From: Nemertoderma westbladi
Lineage: Eukaryota > Animalia > Xenacoelomorpha
Direction: 5' to 3'
Length of the DNA stretch: 64,000 nucleotides
Assembly (NCBI GenBank): GCA_032718475.1
Contig: JAUCBJ010008394.1
Location: 62,001 to 126,000 of the forward strand
Shown here one piece after another: positions 36,955-50,700 of this stretch. A program made the translations under genes and the position numbers. Under the pieces are notes generated by a model. The model ran no database searches and was not told the DNA's origin. It was given only the letters and a program-made list of their open reading frames with translations. Every line of letters begins with the position of its first letter. Positions within the stretch are counted from its first letter, which is position 1.

Positions 36955-38169
36955 GTTCTATATTATATGTATAAACCACTACAGTAGATCACTTGACATT
37001 TATATGTATTTATATATGGTGAATTGAACCAAATATGTATGTGAAAATGATAAAAATAAATTTTTTATCTAACCCTTATAATAAAGTGGTTAAAAGTCAC
37101 CTTATTTCAAGCAAATTTTTTCTAACCACAGAGACGTCTGGGGATTTGAGATCCAGTGAAAGAGACTGAACATTGACTTTACAGCCTCTAATTCCCCCAA
37201 TAAACACCAGTTACGAGCCATCCTGCGTGAAGAGGAGTACAGGATGGTCAGCCACTGCAAGTGCCTTCAAGCAGAAAAAGAAGATCGACAAGACTTATAT
37301 ATGAAATATTTATGTTATTAATTTAATAATATTTATGTTATTATGTAATATTTATATTATTATCAATTATAATACTTTATTGTTTAATAAACAGGACAGC
37401 TTTCATAAGAACTTAGCAGAGACTGCAGAGAAGAGGAATCCAGAGGACCAATCAGCTATTCTTAACTAACCTAACTATTATAAAATACATTCATATAAAA
37501 TAAGTTCCTCCCTTTACTACTGTATGATGTTTACCTGGTGACCTGGGCGCGGCACTATCTTTCGAATAAAATAAATTCCCATTCAGTCAATTTTTCAAAA
37601 CTATAATAATCTGTAACTTATATCATAAATATTAACTATAAAGTATTTTTAATGCAAAACATGAAACAGAAGGATGATGCAGCTGAAAGCAACAGTTTCA
37701 TTAATCTTTATTGAAAAGGAAATCGTTGTTGGACAGGGAAATTCTACAATAACAACAAAAACTAAAAAAAAAACATTATCAGGAAGAAGAAAAACCAAAA
37801 ACGCCCTATAATACAAAGTATCAATCAATGTAAGGAATACATACATAAACATAGGCATATGGCATATCATAAAACCTTTGTTTGATTATGGGGTGGACCT
37901 TACATAATTGAATAAGTAATAAGATCATAATCAAAGTGGTCAGTTACAATATAGGAAACGTTTGTTAGAACTAGAACAGGAACAACCATATACTGTGAAT
38001 AATTTTGATTTGTTTTGATTGGATAATTAACTCGAACCATATTGGTTAAAACATCAAAGAGTCACTATGCCCTACCCAAGCACTTAGTCTTCTTGAAGGC
38101 AATGATACTGCAACCTGTATGTATAGATGACAAGAAGGGTGACTACAAACTACAAACATAAATATCAAT

Positions 38170-38984
38170 TGATTGTGTCACCTTGTTTCTTGCGCTATAC
38201 GGGTTTGTGAGGGTTCTGAATTCAATGGAATCAGTAAAAATTTCATAAGAGTTTTCAAACTTGTATTTTTCGCCGGTGGGTGAAAATTGTTGTGCCAGCA
38301 CCAAATTTTGGAAAATATGCAAATTGATCAGTAGATAGTATCATCTTGTTTCTTGCGTTATACGTGTTTATGAGGGTGATGAATCCGATGGAATCAATAA
38401 AAACAGCACTGGACATCGCAAACTTGTACTTTTAGGTGATGGGTACGAAATTTGGTGCTAGCACCAAAATTTGCCAAATTACACCGAAAAATACAAGAAG
38501 CAATGATCTGGCATATTAGAAATGTATTCCATTAGAATCAGCACCCTAGAAAACCTGAAACTGTGAATTTATAGCATCGTATAAGTGAATTAAAAATTGT
38601 GTGTTCTAACTGAAAAGTGCTGGTTACTTGTTTTTTCATTTTTTTCCTGCGCAGAGAGGACTAAGCAGACATTTATAGTAATCATATAATTTTTAAAAAT
38701 TTTCCTATGTATTTTGCGCCCCAGGAAACCTGTATTGAATAACAATTAGCCGAAAAATGTAACTTTCAAATTTTGTGAAAATTGTGCACTACTTGTAATT
38801 TTGGTGCTACAATATAACCACCCAAGTACATACATCTAGACTAGTGATACCTACGTACAAACAAAAAAATCAGACGTTTTCGTAAAAATTTGTAGATTTT
38901 AGAGGGGGGGGGGGGGGTCAATATGACCCCCCCCCCCCCTCCCCCCTGTGATTTGTACAACATTTTATAGCCCTAATAATAGGG
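38170..38984. mobile_element. Possible piggyBac-like non-autonomous remnant (right end only)
   Basis: Ends AGGG|TTAA (38981-38988) with a subterminal G-run-TCAATATGA-C-run palindrome. Internal ~165-bp direct repeat (38180/38342). No matching left end found. Confidence 0.4.
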
Positions 38985-39974
38985 TTAAGTCCATCGAAAA
39001 AAGTTAATAACATTAAATTGAAATATGTAAGAATAAATAAAGAAAATATAATCGAAGAAATATAAATAATAATCAGACAGAAAAATTAAAATATAATTGG
39101 TATAAATATATATGTGGCATAAATCATGTAAATTATGAAAAATATAGCACAATATTAATTTGAAAAGAAGGTGGTAATGTAGTGCGTATTTAATAATGTC
39201 AGTGTAATTATAATTCAAAAATGAAAATACATATAATTTCTATCCGAACAATATAGTACAATAACAGGTTATTAAATTTTCTTAATATATACATATATAT
39301 TTTCTTTTAATATAAATGATTGGATGCTAATCTACAAACTATATTCAACCAATAATGGTAAAGGGAATGTATAGACACCAAGCAGAAGCAAGAAGCATAT
39401 TTACATTATATATGAATATACTTGATGAATATATGAATATGGCTTGATTCTGTGGTAAACTGTCTTCCATATTAATATAAAAACTGCAAAATTCAACTAA
39501 TAATTATAATAATCAGTATGTACAGTGGTATGATGTATGCAGAACCACTCAACAATATAAGTTAATTTATTTACTCACTTAAATACTCACGATGCTCAGT
39601 GCGATTTCATTGAATAAAAAGTGGAAGGAATTACTTGCACAAAGAGTATATAAGACGTCAGTCAACTTTTGCGGAAAGGATGACAACCAGAATCTACAGA
39701 TGTCTTTGGCTACTACAGTGCTACTACAGGCTTGAAATGGACTTGGAATATGCCGGTTATAGAGGAGGAGGGTGATTTGTTTTGGAAAACCTTCAGATAA
39801 TGTATCATTCTGACTCATTGTATCATCTATGACAATGGGGGAAAATCAGTGCCAACCATGAGAGAAGTCAAAATAAAACACAGCCAAGATTTCATAGATC
39901 ATTGAGACCCACTTAGCTGCTATGGTGATCTTCGTGTAACCAGCAGGAAACACTCCATCCAGTGGGTAGATCAG

Positions 39975-40223
39975 TTGCTTTCGCCGTGAGGACCAGCCAG
40001 TGCACAATCTTGTACTTTGGCAGCCTCATGGAGCGAATAAGCATGGTGGACAGCCCATGACTTTCTTGAGACGCATCTTAAAGGACACTGGCCTTGAATA
40101 TGCGGATGATCTAGCAAATGTCATGGGTGATAGGGAGTTGTGGCGGTGCAATTTTGTCGATAAGCCGGCACAGCATTCTTAAATATGCAGCTGCAATGCA
40201 GCATGCCGATCCTAGTAGTAGTA
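39975..40223 (+). mobile_element. RTE family B 3' fragment with (TAG)n tail
   Basis: CFRREDQPVHNLVLWQP motif. 11-bp TSD GGGTAGATCAG at 39964-39974 and 40224-40234. Confidence 0.9.
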
Positions 40224-40722
40224 GGGTAGATCAGATCAAGGTGATGCAGCGATATCAAACTGAATACACTAAGCAAGAACCTAGGAGATCTTTTGTTATC
40301 ATTCTCAGCAACTTGGATGGGTTGGTCTTCATCTGCCATATTTTGGTGGACCCAGCCAACAGGAGCACTTTGGATGCTACTAGTGGAAATTTAAAATGTT
40401 TACCTATGAAATCATTAAGATTGGCTCTGATATCAGGGCATACCTTCTTCGAGGTGACCACATTCAAAATGGGCCAATCAAAAGGGCCCCCTGGGCAATT
40501 TTCTTAACGTAGACTAGGTAAACCATCACCTTGTTATGTGGAGCCCTCATCGTGATCAAAATGATACAACTTCGTAAATATTCATTCTAGAACATGAAAA
40601 TAATTGAAAAATTGGTTCACCAGTTTGTTGCGAAGGTGAGTTGATTCTATCAGTCTATTGGTTATCTGGTTTCTGGCTTCCTGCATATCAAGCTGACAGC
40701 TGAGTCTGATAGCCTAGTTACC

Positions 40723-42577
40723 ATGAAGTACAATGACATTGGAAATGGATGGACGTTAGTAACAAGCTCAGCAGTAAGAAACTCGGCCAATGCATCAATT
40801 GGTGGAGTAGGAATTCTGCTAAGCCCATTTGCACTTAAGACCCTAAACAACATCGAATCTATAAATTCCAGGGTTATGATCGCAACATTTGATGGGAATC
40901 CCAAGGCAACAGTTATATGTTGCTACAGTCCAACCAATGCCTCAGAGCCAGAACAAGCAGTCAAGTTTTATGAAGATCTGACTGGACTTATAAAGGACAT
41001 TCCGAAACACAATGTTAAAGTCATTGCTGGTGACCTGAATGCCCAAATTGGCCCAGAAGACATCAAGGGTTACACCTATAACACCAGTTCTAACAGAAAT
41101 GGGTACTTACTTTTAGACCTAATGGAAGAATGTGAATTGATACCAACAAACAACACATTCGAAAACAGTAAGGGGAAGTTATGGACCTTTCAATACCCTA
41201 ATGGAACCAAAGCACAACTGGATTACATCCTTATAAACAAAAAGTGGAGGAATAGCATGATCAACTGCGAGGCATACAGCTCGTTCAACCTAATTGGTTC
41301 GGACCACAGAATTGTGACTGCAGAGATCAGACTCAGTTTGAGAGCCAGCAAACCCAGGACAAGCAAGCAAAACAAATATGACTGGGAAAAACTCAGAACT
41401 GACAATGCTGTAAAGGATGCTTATACAGTAGAAGTTCAAAACCGCTTTGAAGCACTTCAGTCAATGGATGAAGACCAATCCACCAATTCAATATACCAGA
41501 ATATAATAACAGCCCACAAGGAATCAGCTAAGAGGCATATCCCCCAGAAACCCAAACGAAAACAATATGTGCCATGGCAAAACTCTGAGGTTACTTGTAA
41601 GAGAGAAGATCTTAAGATAGCCTACAAAGTTAAAACCGAACAACCAACAACCGAAAACATGAACAAGGTTGAGAAAGCTAAGGACGATCTTAAATTGGCC
41701 TACAACATCAGCCAGGAAAAGTACATACAGGATAAAACTGAAGCAATTACAACTGCTCACATACAGCAACAATCAAGACTTACCTGGCAAACTGTAAATG
41801 AGGTATCTGGTCGGAAAAGTTGTGCAAAGGGGCGCCTCAAAGCCGATAGTCCTGAAGAACGTGTTGGGAAGTGGAAAAATCACTTCAGCAACTTGCTTGG
41901 GCAGCCACCAAACATCGAGGTCAGCCCTACAGGGAAAATATATGACAGGACACTACCTATAGAAACAGGGGACTTCACACCTGCCGAACTCCAAAGAAGC
42001 ATTAAAAGCATGTCCAATAATAAAGCGAGTGGATTAGATGAAATCCCAGCGGAGGTATGGAAAACCAGAGTGCTAAACAGACCATTATTGAATGTTTGCA
42101 ACCGGATGTTAAAAGGGGAAAAGCCACCACCAATTTGGACTAAAGGTCAACTAAAGCCTCTACCCAAGAAAGGAGACCTCGGCATACCAACAAACTATCG
42201 TGGGATCTGTCTGCTTGTGGTAGCTGCCAAAATATACAATAAAATGATTCTATATAGGATTAGGCCTCACATAGAGAAACTACTGCGTAAGAGCCAAAAC
42301 GGATTTCGACCAAGTAGATCAACAATAGCTCAGATACTTTCACTACGGAGACTGATTGAAGGAATTAAGTCAAAGAATCTCCCCGCTGTCATGACTTTTG
42401 TGGACTTCAAGAAGGCATTCGACTCCATCCATAGAGGTAAAATGCTTGAAATCCTAAGAGCTTATGGAATACCAGAAGTAATTGTTGCTGGCATTGGATT
42501 GTTATATTGTGACACAGAAGAGCAGGTACTCTCACCAGATGGTGAAACTGAGTTTTTCTCAATCCTGGCTGGCGTAC
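40723..42577 (+). pseudogene. RTE family A APE-RT ORF (interrupted)
   Basis: APE motifs GGVGILL, CYSPT, GDLNA, QLDYIL, SDHR. RT motifs NYRGICL, QNGFRP.RST, FVDFKKAFDSIHR. Cut at AGVL by the family-B insertion. Confidence 0.92.
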
Positions 42578-43525
42578 TACTACTACTACTACTACGATCG
42601 GCATGCTGCATTGCAGCTGCATTTTTAGGAATGCTTTGCCGGCTTGTCAACAAAATTGCACTGCCACAACTCCCTTATCACCCATGACATTTGCTAGATC
42701 ATCCGCATCTTTAAGGCCTGTGTCCTTTAAGATGCGTCTCAAGAAAGTCATGGGCTGTCCACCATGCTTATTCACTCCATGAGGCTGCCAAAGTACAAGA
42801 TTATGCACTGGCTGGTCCTCACGGCGAAAGCAATGTCCTGCAAAGCGGAGGCGATTTTGTTCTAGTGTCAAGCTTGGGGGAACCAATGAGACACCTCCAA
42901 TGTTATATAGTGTCTGGTTGGAGATGTGTGCATTGTACTTGACACAATGAACCCGACGTAGCATTCTTGTGAATGTGCCATCCAGAGATTTGGAATCCTC
43001 AGCAGTTAGAGCCCAGCATGGACTCCCATAGAGGAGTACTGGAACTACTGCTGCTCTAAATAATCGGACCTTAAGTTTCCGATTAATTCTCGGTGACTTC
43101 CAAATCCTGGAAAGCCTATTCAAGGCTGCCCATGCCTTTCCCTTACGTATTCGAAGGTCCTCACCTGACTTCCGGATCCATGATCCCAGGTAACAGAAGT
43201 CGTGCACATGCTCAAGCATACCATCCTTTGGGCTTATGCTCATCCGATCAGAGACTTACTGAGGACTTTCAAAGTTAACTGTCATAATTTTGGTCTTTCT
43301 GGAGTTAATAAAAAGACCAACACAAGAAGCAGCATGTTCTAATGAGCTGAGGAGCCGTTGGGCTCCCTCTAATGATTCTGAGAGTACTCCTAAGTCATCA
43401 GCAAAGTCTAGATCAGTTAGGTACTTGGCAGGATTTCCTCGACTTCTGGAGCCAGTAGGTGGAGTTATCATCACCCTATCCCTAAGGGATAAATATCCCA
43501 TCACCCTAAGGACATGCGTAGAACA
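42578..43525 (-). mobile_element. RTE family B, 5'-truncated (RT C-terminal half), nested antisense in family A
   Basis: Motifs DLDFADDL, FCYLGSWI, VLLYG and RLRFAGHCFR. (TAC)n at 42578 is the tail. 11-bp TSD GGCTGGCGTAC at 42567-42577 and 43526-43536. Confidence 0.92.
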
Positions 43526-43873
43526 GGCTGGCGTACCATTACTATTTGTAATTGTGCTGGATTACGCAATGAGGACGGCCACAAAGGGTACCTTTACTGT
43601 AGATTGTCATGATAAATTTCTAACTGAAAGAATGCTTTATGGTTTTTCCCAGATCCAAATTTTGCATAATTGCAAATGCACTGAGATATATATCTTATGG
43701 GATACTGAATACTCAAGAGATTAAGAGCGGAAAACATTATAGAAGTGAGATATAAAAGATGATTGAAAAATTAAATAATTTTTCAACCTTTGCATTATAA
43801 GAAATTTCCAGATTCAAAAATTTTCTTGCGAAAAATTTGTTAAAAAGAAAAAGATAGAAAATAGTTATTATTA

Positions 43874-46800
43874 TCACGACCCAGAAAGAAGATTGATTTT
43901 TACTTGTTTTTTGAAATGCACCTTATTACTGCTATCGCGGATATCTCTCGAGAGGGAATTCCAGAGAAGAGGGCCCTGCATTGAAAGAGACTGATGCCGG
44001 ACTTCCGTGTGCGTACTGGGTAAATGAAAAAGACCAGCGGAGGCAGAGCGAGTATTGTATGTGTGAACAGATGATGCTTTAGTGAATAAGTGAGAAAGAG
44101 GATGGGAAGGATTGTGGTAAATTTCATACATTAGTAAGAGGACCTGATATTTATACAGACGATCTAGTGGTAAAATGCGTAGCTGCTGATAAATAGAAAA
44201 AGATGAGGACTGATAGTGGCTGAAGGTAATACATCGGACAATTTTATTGAGTTTGGTTTTGAGGGGACGAGTAATAAGATTTGAATGTATTTCCCCATAC
44301 TATCAACCCGTAAAAAATATAGGGGTAGTCTACGTATAGAATAGAGTTTGCATTATATGAGCTGGGACAATATGGCGTAGTTTATAGAATAATCCTCCAC
44401 TCTTGGATATTTTTTTCAAGATATGGCTGATGTGTTCCCTATATGATAAATTGGAATCTATTAATATACCTAGATATTTAGATGTTGTTGTGGATCTAAT
44501 TGTTTTGTTATTAATGATTATAGGTGGTGGCGGTATTTCTGACTTTGATTTTGAGAATATTGTATATTCAGTCTTGTCAGTATTTAAAGTTAGTTTGTTT
44601 TCAGTTAGCCATTCGGATAACAGTTTGAGTTCAGAATTCATATAGTCGATTAGTGGAGAGATATTTCGATTGTTGCACATCAGTGAAGTGTCATCGGCAA
44701 ATAAGGTTACTAATAGGGATGTGCAGTTTGGGAGGTCATTGATGTACAGTAGAAATAAAATCGGCCCGAGGACCGAACCCTGCGGGATACCACAGATTAT
44801 AGACCTAGAAGATGATAAAACATTATCTACTGAAACGAATTGATGTCTATTACTTAGATAACTAGAAATGAGTGCTAGAGGACTTCCGCGGATACCATAT
44901 ATTGGGAGCTTCTTTAATAGAATCGAATGGTCGAGGGTATCAAACGCCTTTTTTAGGTCTAGATACAGTACAGTCGCAAGTCGGTGGTCATCAAGGGCTT
45001 CCCTAAGGGACTCTACGATATTTATAATGGCAAAAGACGTTGTATATTTTTTACGAAAACCAAACTGGTTAGGTGAAATAATTTTGAATTTTTCTAGATA
45101 AGATATCAGTTGCGTGTAAATGATGCTTTCAAATACTTTGTGAAATATCGGGAGTAAAGATATAGGTCGGTAATTAGTGGTAGCTAGAGGATCTCCTCCT
45201 TTAAACACTGGAATTATTTTTGCAATTTTTAGAGACGTTGGAAAATGTCCATGGCGAATACTTAGATTTATTAAATTAGCTAGATGTGTCGAGATTATTG
45301 GGGCAGCGATTTTCACCAAGTAAATAGGAAATTCGTCATTAGAAGAGGTATCGTCCTTCAATAGTAGTAGATTGTAATGGATTTCTACTGGGGTAGTCTC
45401 AGATAACAGAAATGAGTTTGCTTTGGAATGGCGGATATGCCGAGTTGGACAACGAGCGGATGAAGGCAGTGCAGAAGCTAATTTAGAACCGATAGTAGAG
45501 AAAAACTCGTTGAATTGGTTTGCAATATCTTTAGGGTTAGTGAGCGAGATCACGTTACCATTATTGTTAATGTTTAGGCGCTTGGGAATATAATGTTTAT
45601 TATTACGATGTAATAAAGAATTTATAGTTCCCCAGGTCTTTTTAATATTATTCGAATTTTTGGCAAACTCAGATTCATAGAAATTTTTTTTAGCTGCCCG
45701 CAACAAACTAGTTAGCTTGTTGCGGTACGACTTATAAGTATTATGGTTCACAGAAGTTGGGTTTGTCATGTATAAGCCGTATAATTTGTTTTTCTTATGA
45801 ATTCCTAAAATTAGACCAGAAGTAAGCCACGGCTTTTTTGCAACAAATTTTTTATGTAACTCTTTGCGAGGTAAATTATGTTTGCAAATATTTGTAAAAT
45901 TTTCATAAAAATTATCAAATTTATTTTCATCTTGAACCGTACTTGAAGAGTATTCCCACGACTGAAATTCGAGGTCGTGGATAAATTTTTCCTTGCTAAA
46001 TTGTTTATAGTCAAACACGTACTTCTTTTCGGCAGGTCTAAAATAAGTGGAATAGTTGTCCAATACTATGAATGTTGGTAAATGGTCCGTGGAGCCCACT
46101 TCGCACAAAAAAACCCCAGGTGAGCATATAGCAGAATGAATATTAGTAATTACATGGTCCAACAGGGTCGCCGAGTGGGGTGTTATTCGGGTAGCTTGGG
46201 AAATCGTCTGCGTAAATCCATTTGAAGTTACGTTATTTAAATAATTTTATACTTGAAGTTTATTGGGGCTCAAAACATCAACATTATAGTCACCCGTTAA
46301 AATTACATCATAATTATTACTAGCCAATTTAGCAAGGTGGTCATTAAAAGTGGATTGAAACTGGTCCAAATTAACACTCTGGGTACGGTATACACAGCCA
46401 ATAATTAAAGGCTTATTAGGGTGATTGCGAGTAATTTCAACCCAGGTGTTTTCAGGGCCGGGAAAGTGTAGGTCCGGTCTAATGGTACCTTCAAGTTCAT
46501 TACGTATGTATATGGCAGTACCGCCTCTGTCAAGCTTACCGTAAGTTCTATAATCACAAATGGGTTTCTTGTAACCTTCAATGCAAATGGCATCTAGATC
46601 ATGATCTTTTGTCAAAAAAGTTTCAGAGAAAGTTAAAATGTCAAACTTCGATGACAAAGAGTGTAGAAAATCCGTGATAACAGAAAAATTTGACGTAATA
46701 CTCCTACAATTGAGATGAAACACGGAAAAGCCATTATGACAGTCATCAAATTTCTGGCTAAATTTTGTTTCGTTAAACTATTCATCTGTAATAATATTTG

Positions 46801-48290
46801 AAACGAGATTTCCATCAGGGTTTATGGAATTAAACATATTATCAGTAGGGTCAGTATCCAGACTCATAAGATCTTCCATATCGCAGCCAAATATATCCTT
46901 ATCATTATTGTCAACAGAATTAAAGGGAAACAAATTTAAGTAGCAAAAATTACACCAATGATTCGCGTCTTTTTGGATCCCATTAGCAAAGTCTGTTGGA
47001 TCCAGGAAGGAGCCACATTGTCTATGAAATTGGAATGTACATAGGCAACAAAAAAAGGACTGATCAGTCCATTCAAATTTAGTATAGCATAATCCACAGC
47101 ATACGTCAACATCGGTCAACATCGTGATACTACTCTGTTCGAACGGGAGTAGTAATTTATTTTTGTTTATTTAAGTTAATTTAAATTCTTTAAATATTAA
47201 GGTGGTGATTTTTGTATACGGAAGATAAATAAGTAATCCTTCCCAATCGAACAGAGGTGTAATGGCTATAAGTATACCTCGAAATAATCGAGATAGTGAA
47301 GTGAAAGACGGTGAAGTACATAATGTTAATAGTGATAATGTTAATTCATATTAACAAAGGAAAAATGAGAATGATATAACAACCGTTTCTTTACTTGTGC
47401 GGTTTATTATTTAGAAATGTTAATTAGTTTCATATATAAATGAAATACCATAAAACCAATGGGTGAAATGTTTAAGGAAAACAAGTGGAATAAAGGAGTA
47501 ATGAGTACCTCAACCACCCAGCTAAATAAAATTCTGGGACTAAAAAGTCTGCGCTTAGGTTACAATCTCAGTTTACGCTGCCTACTGTATGTATAACTTC
47601 TGCCTGATATGAGTCGGAGGTTGTTAATTATGTTATAATGTATGTTTATATGTATGAATGTATGTTTAAACTCAACTAGTTGATGGAGACCGGTTCACTT
47701 CCGGACTTTCATGACTACTGGAAGGATTCCGGTTAGTCGAGTGAACTGTCGACGGGACTGAGGGCGACTTTAACGAGGATGGAGTGGAATCTGATTGCGT
47801 AATCCCTTTCACATCGGTGTCCGAGGTAATGGGGATTGGGTTCGATCCTTCAGCACAATGCACAAAAATATAATAATAATAAAAATATAATAATACGAAT
47901 TCCGTGATTCTCTTTACGAATTTCAATGTTTTCTGCCTCCAGATCCGCTAGCCTTCTAAATGTACCCACGACATCAGACCGGATATCTTTGATTTCGTTT
48001 ATTAGCTCATCTTGTCCAGTTTGAAGTGTGTCCAGACGCGCTATAATTTCTTCCCCAACTTTTCCCCACGCAGTAGCTCCTGGCATATTGATATAACCAA
48101 ACGAAGAGAATGTTCCGGAAAGAGAACTGATGGATCGGGTCGCCATGGACGCCCTTTATTGATTGAGGTACCGGTAGCGAACGGGACACGACAGACTTTC
48201 CAAAGTCCAAAGTCGGGGCAGTCGGCCTAGTTGTTTACACTTGAACGGGTTACCGAGGCGCCACTAATAGTTTCTAGTTGGTCGTTCCCA
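43874..48290 (-). mobile_element. CR1/L2-group (Crack/Daphne-like) LINE: coiled-coil ORF1 remnant + ORF2 PHD-APE-RT with a few frameshifts
   Basis: PHD-like C..C/C..C...H..C/WC..C..FPF (46778-47122). APE motifs HLNCRS, SETFL, GDYN, DHLP. RT motifs NYRPISLL, QFGFR, DLKKAFD, PQGSVLGP, FADDT, and C-terminal GPLLWNSL. Heptad-like ORF at ~47900-48090. Confidence 0.9.
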
Positions 48291-50469
48291 TAAAATAATA
48301 TTTATTACAGTTATTTATTACAATATTACTGTATTATTTATACAGCCATTACAATTACAGCATTGAATAAGTCCAACATTCAGGCAGTCAGCACTTTACA
48401 TTTGCAGGCAGTAATAGGCCTAACCAGCTACCGGCAGACCGGTAGCAGAAAATTCTTTCCCTACTCCATACATTTACTATCTGATCAATCTGATCAATCG
48501 TAATCGATAGTAAGAGTTAGTAGTAGAGTTAGTTGACAAACTTGACAACCATTGATAATAATCAACTAAGGAAGGTCGATGACTTCCAGTACCTTGGATC
48601 ATGGATAGAGAGTAGCAAAAAGGACATAGAAGTTAGGAAAGCAAAGGCTTGGGTAGCTCTATCAAAAATGGATACCATCTGGAAATCAGATCTCTCCAGG
48701 CACCTGAAGACTAAGTTCTTTCAAGCCACAGTGGAAAGTGTATTTTTATATGGGGGTGAAACCTGGACACTGACTAAATCACTTGAACAACAAATTGATG
48801 GTTGCTACACAAGACTACTAAGGGCAGCCCTAAACATCAGCTGGAGACAACACATGACAAACGCCGAGCTTTATGGTACAATACCACCTGTATCAACCAC
48901 CCTCCGTGAACGCAGATTAAGATTCAGTGGGCAATGCTGGCGAAGTAAAGACGAGGTCATACCAGATCTACTTTTCTGGCAACCAACTCATGGAAAGCGT
49001 AGTCGTGGACGACCAGCCATAACATATATAGATTAACTTGAAAGGGATACTGAACTCCGGAGAAACGCAATTGCGACAACTATGGAGAATCGGGAAGCCT
49101 GGAAGGATCTCATTTCCACTGTCTGAGTTCGCTCGACCTAGTAGTAGTAGTAGTAGAACATGAAAATAATTGAAAAATTGGTTCACCAGTTTGTTGCGAA
49201 GGTGAGTTGATTCTATCAGTCTATTGGTTATCTGGTTTCTGGCTTCCTACATATCAAGCTGACAGCTGAGTCTGATAGCCTAGTTGGCAAAGCAGGGAAA
49301 GAGCTTCCCTTTCCCTCCATTGCTAATAAAACAGTTTATTTGTCAAATGGGGGAGGGGGAGGGGGGTTATTTGTCAAATGGGGGAGGGGGAGGGGGGTAA
49401 AGTACACTTGTTTGACATCAAATATAAAGGGGCCCTGGATTTTCCATAAATATGTTGCCCTGGGCCACTTTTTCCACTCGATGGGCCTGTCAAGAAGTAT
49501 GACTGGCTTTTACGAGGTCAGGAGTATAAAGGATATCAGATATCTGGTAGTTTTAAATGGGGGACTGGACTTCAAGCCACATAAGTTCAAGAATTTCATG
49601 AAGATGTACAACCTATATGAAAATATAGTGGTGGCAAATTAACTCCACAAGACACCCAATATGATGAGATGTTGACTGTGACTGGAAGATCCACACCCAC
49701 TGGGACAAGAGCAACCACCATAACTATATCTATATGCCATGGAGTCATAACTTCTTAACAAACTAGGCAGTTATGACTGGCTGCCTTCCATGAATACGAG
49801 TTGAATAATGTTCTTGATCATGCATTCCAAGCTGTCATTAATACCCTGCTGGAGGAATCATGTAATTAACTTTTGAAGTCTAAATGGACCTTCCAATATT
49901 CCAACAATGGTAGAGACTCTCGTCTTTGATGGTCTGGAGATCTTATTACTCCTAGCAGTCTACTACTTATGCCTACCTCAAAACATCAACTTGAACTTGA
50001 AGCATTAGAGAGGCAGTCAAAGTAAATGGTGATGACTGAACCTGAAAAGGATTCAGGACCTATGAATACATTGGTTCGTCTCAAGGTCGGATGATGCTGT
50101 AAGATCCGAAATTATTTATTTGAAGAATATATTCTTAGGAAAACAGATTGAGTTGGAAGCCCTGGGTGTCTGTTTTCAAAGACAACAGACAGAGAAGTAA
50201 ATGCTACCCTAAAATCCGAGATGGTAGACTGCAAGAAAATGAAACCACCCACCAACACCAATTGCTACAAGTAACAGGTATACCAAGTGAAGCTAAGTAT
50301 TCCCTGAGGCATCTAGGAAAGTTAAGCCCATTGTACAGTCAGGTAATAATAGAACACGGCCCCAACAGACTTTGAATCACTTTCATTCTGAATATGAAAG
50401 GGATATAATATAGCTATAACAGGTGCGAAGCTTCTCTCAAATAAAGGGTCACGAAGTTAAATAATTTAG

Positions 50470-50700
50470 TTAAGGAAATATAAATAGCGCAGAACAGATC
50501 ACCATACTTGTCATAGGACACCTTAATGTTGGGGTGACCTTCTTGGAATGCATTGTAAACTTTTATTATTATGAACCAACTCAGCATATATCACTTATTT
50601 GGCATATGCTCGTACCTGTAATGAGAGATTTGAGGGTTGAATGACTCAATAATATGTTCTTGTATGGGGGTCTCATCTATCTTATTGCTAGGGTCATGAT
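50470..50700 (-). pseudogene. DNA-transposase N-terminal remnant (Sola1-like, tentative)
   Basis: IQEHIIESFNPQISHYRYEHMPNK*YM...VYNAFQEGHPNIKVSYDKY...ISLTKL resembles the HI.SF...SHY.R...YL...MY...VSY..Y pattern. Family assignment is from memory. Confidence 0.45.

Larger units (their letters stand above)
40720..49153 (+). mobile_element. RTE-clade LINE family A, 5'-truncated, with two nested insertions and a 132-bp TSD
   Basis: Segments 40720-42577, 43526-43590 and 48533-49153 are colinear with the copy at 60081-61732. (TAG)n tail. Direct repeat 40588-40719 = 49154-49285. Confidence 0.92.

Noticed and set aside
42578-42687. Poly-Leu extension of the 654-aa ORF
   Set aside because: Read-through into the antisense (TAC)n tail of the nested RTE-B.
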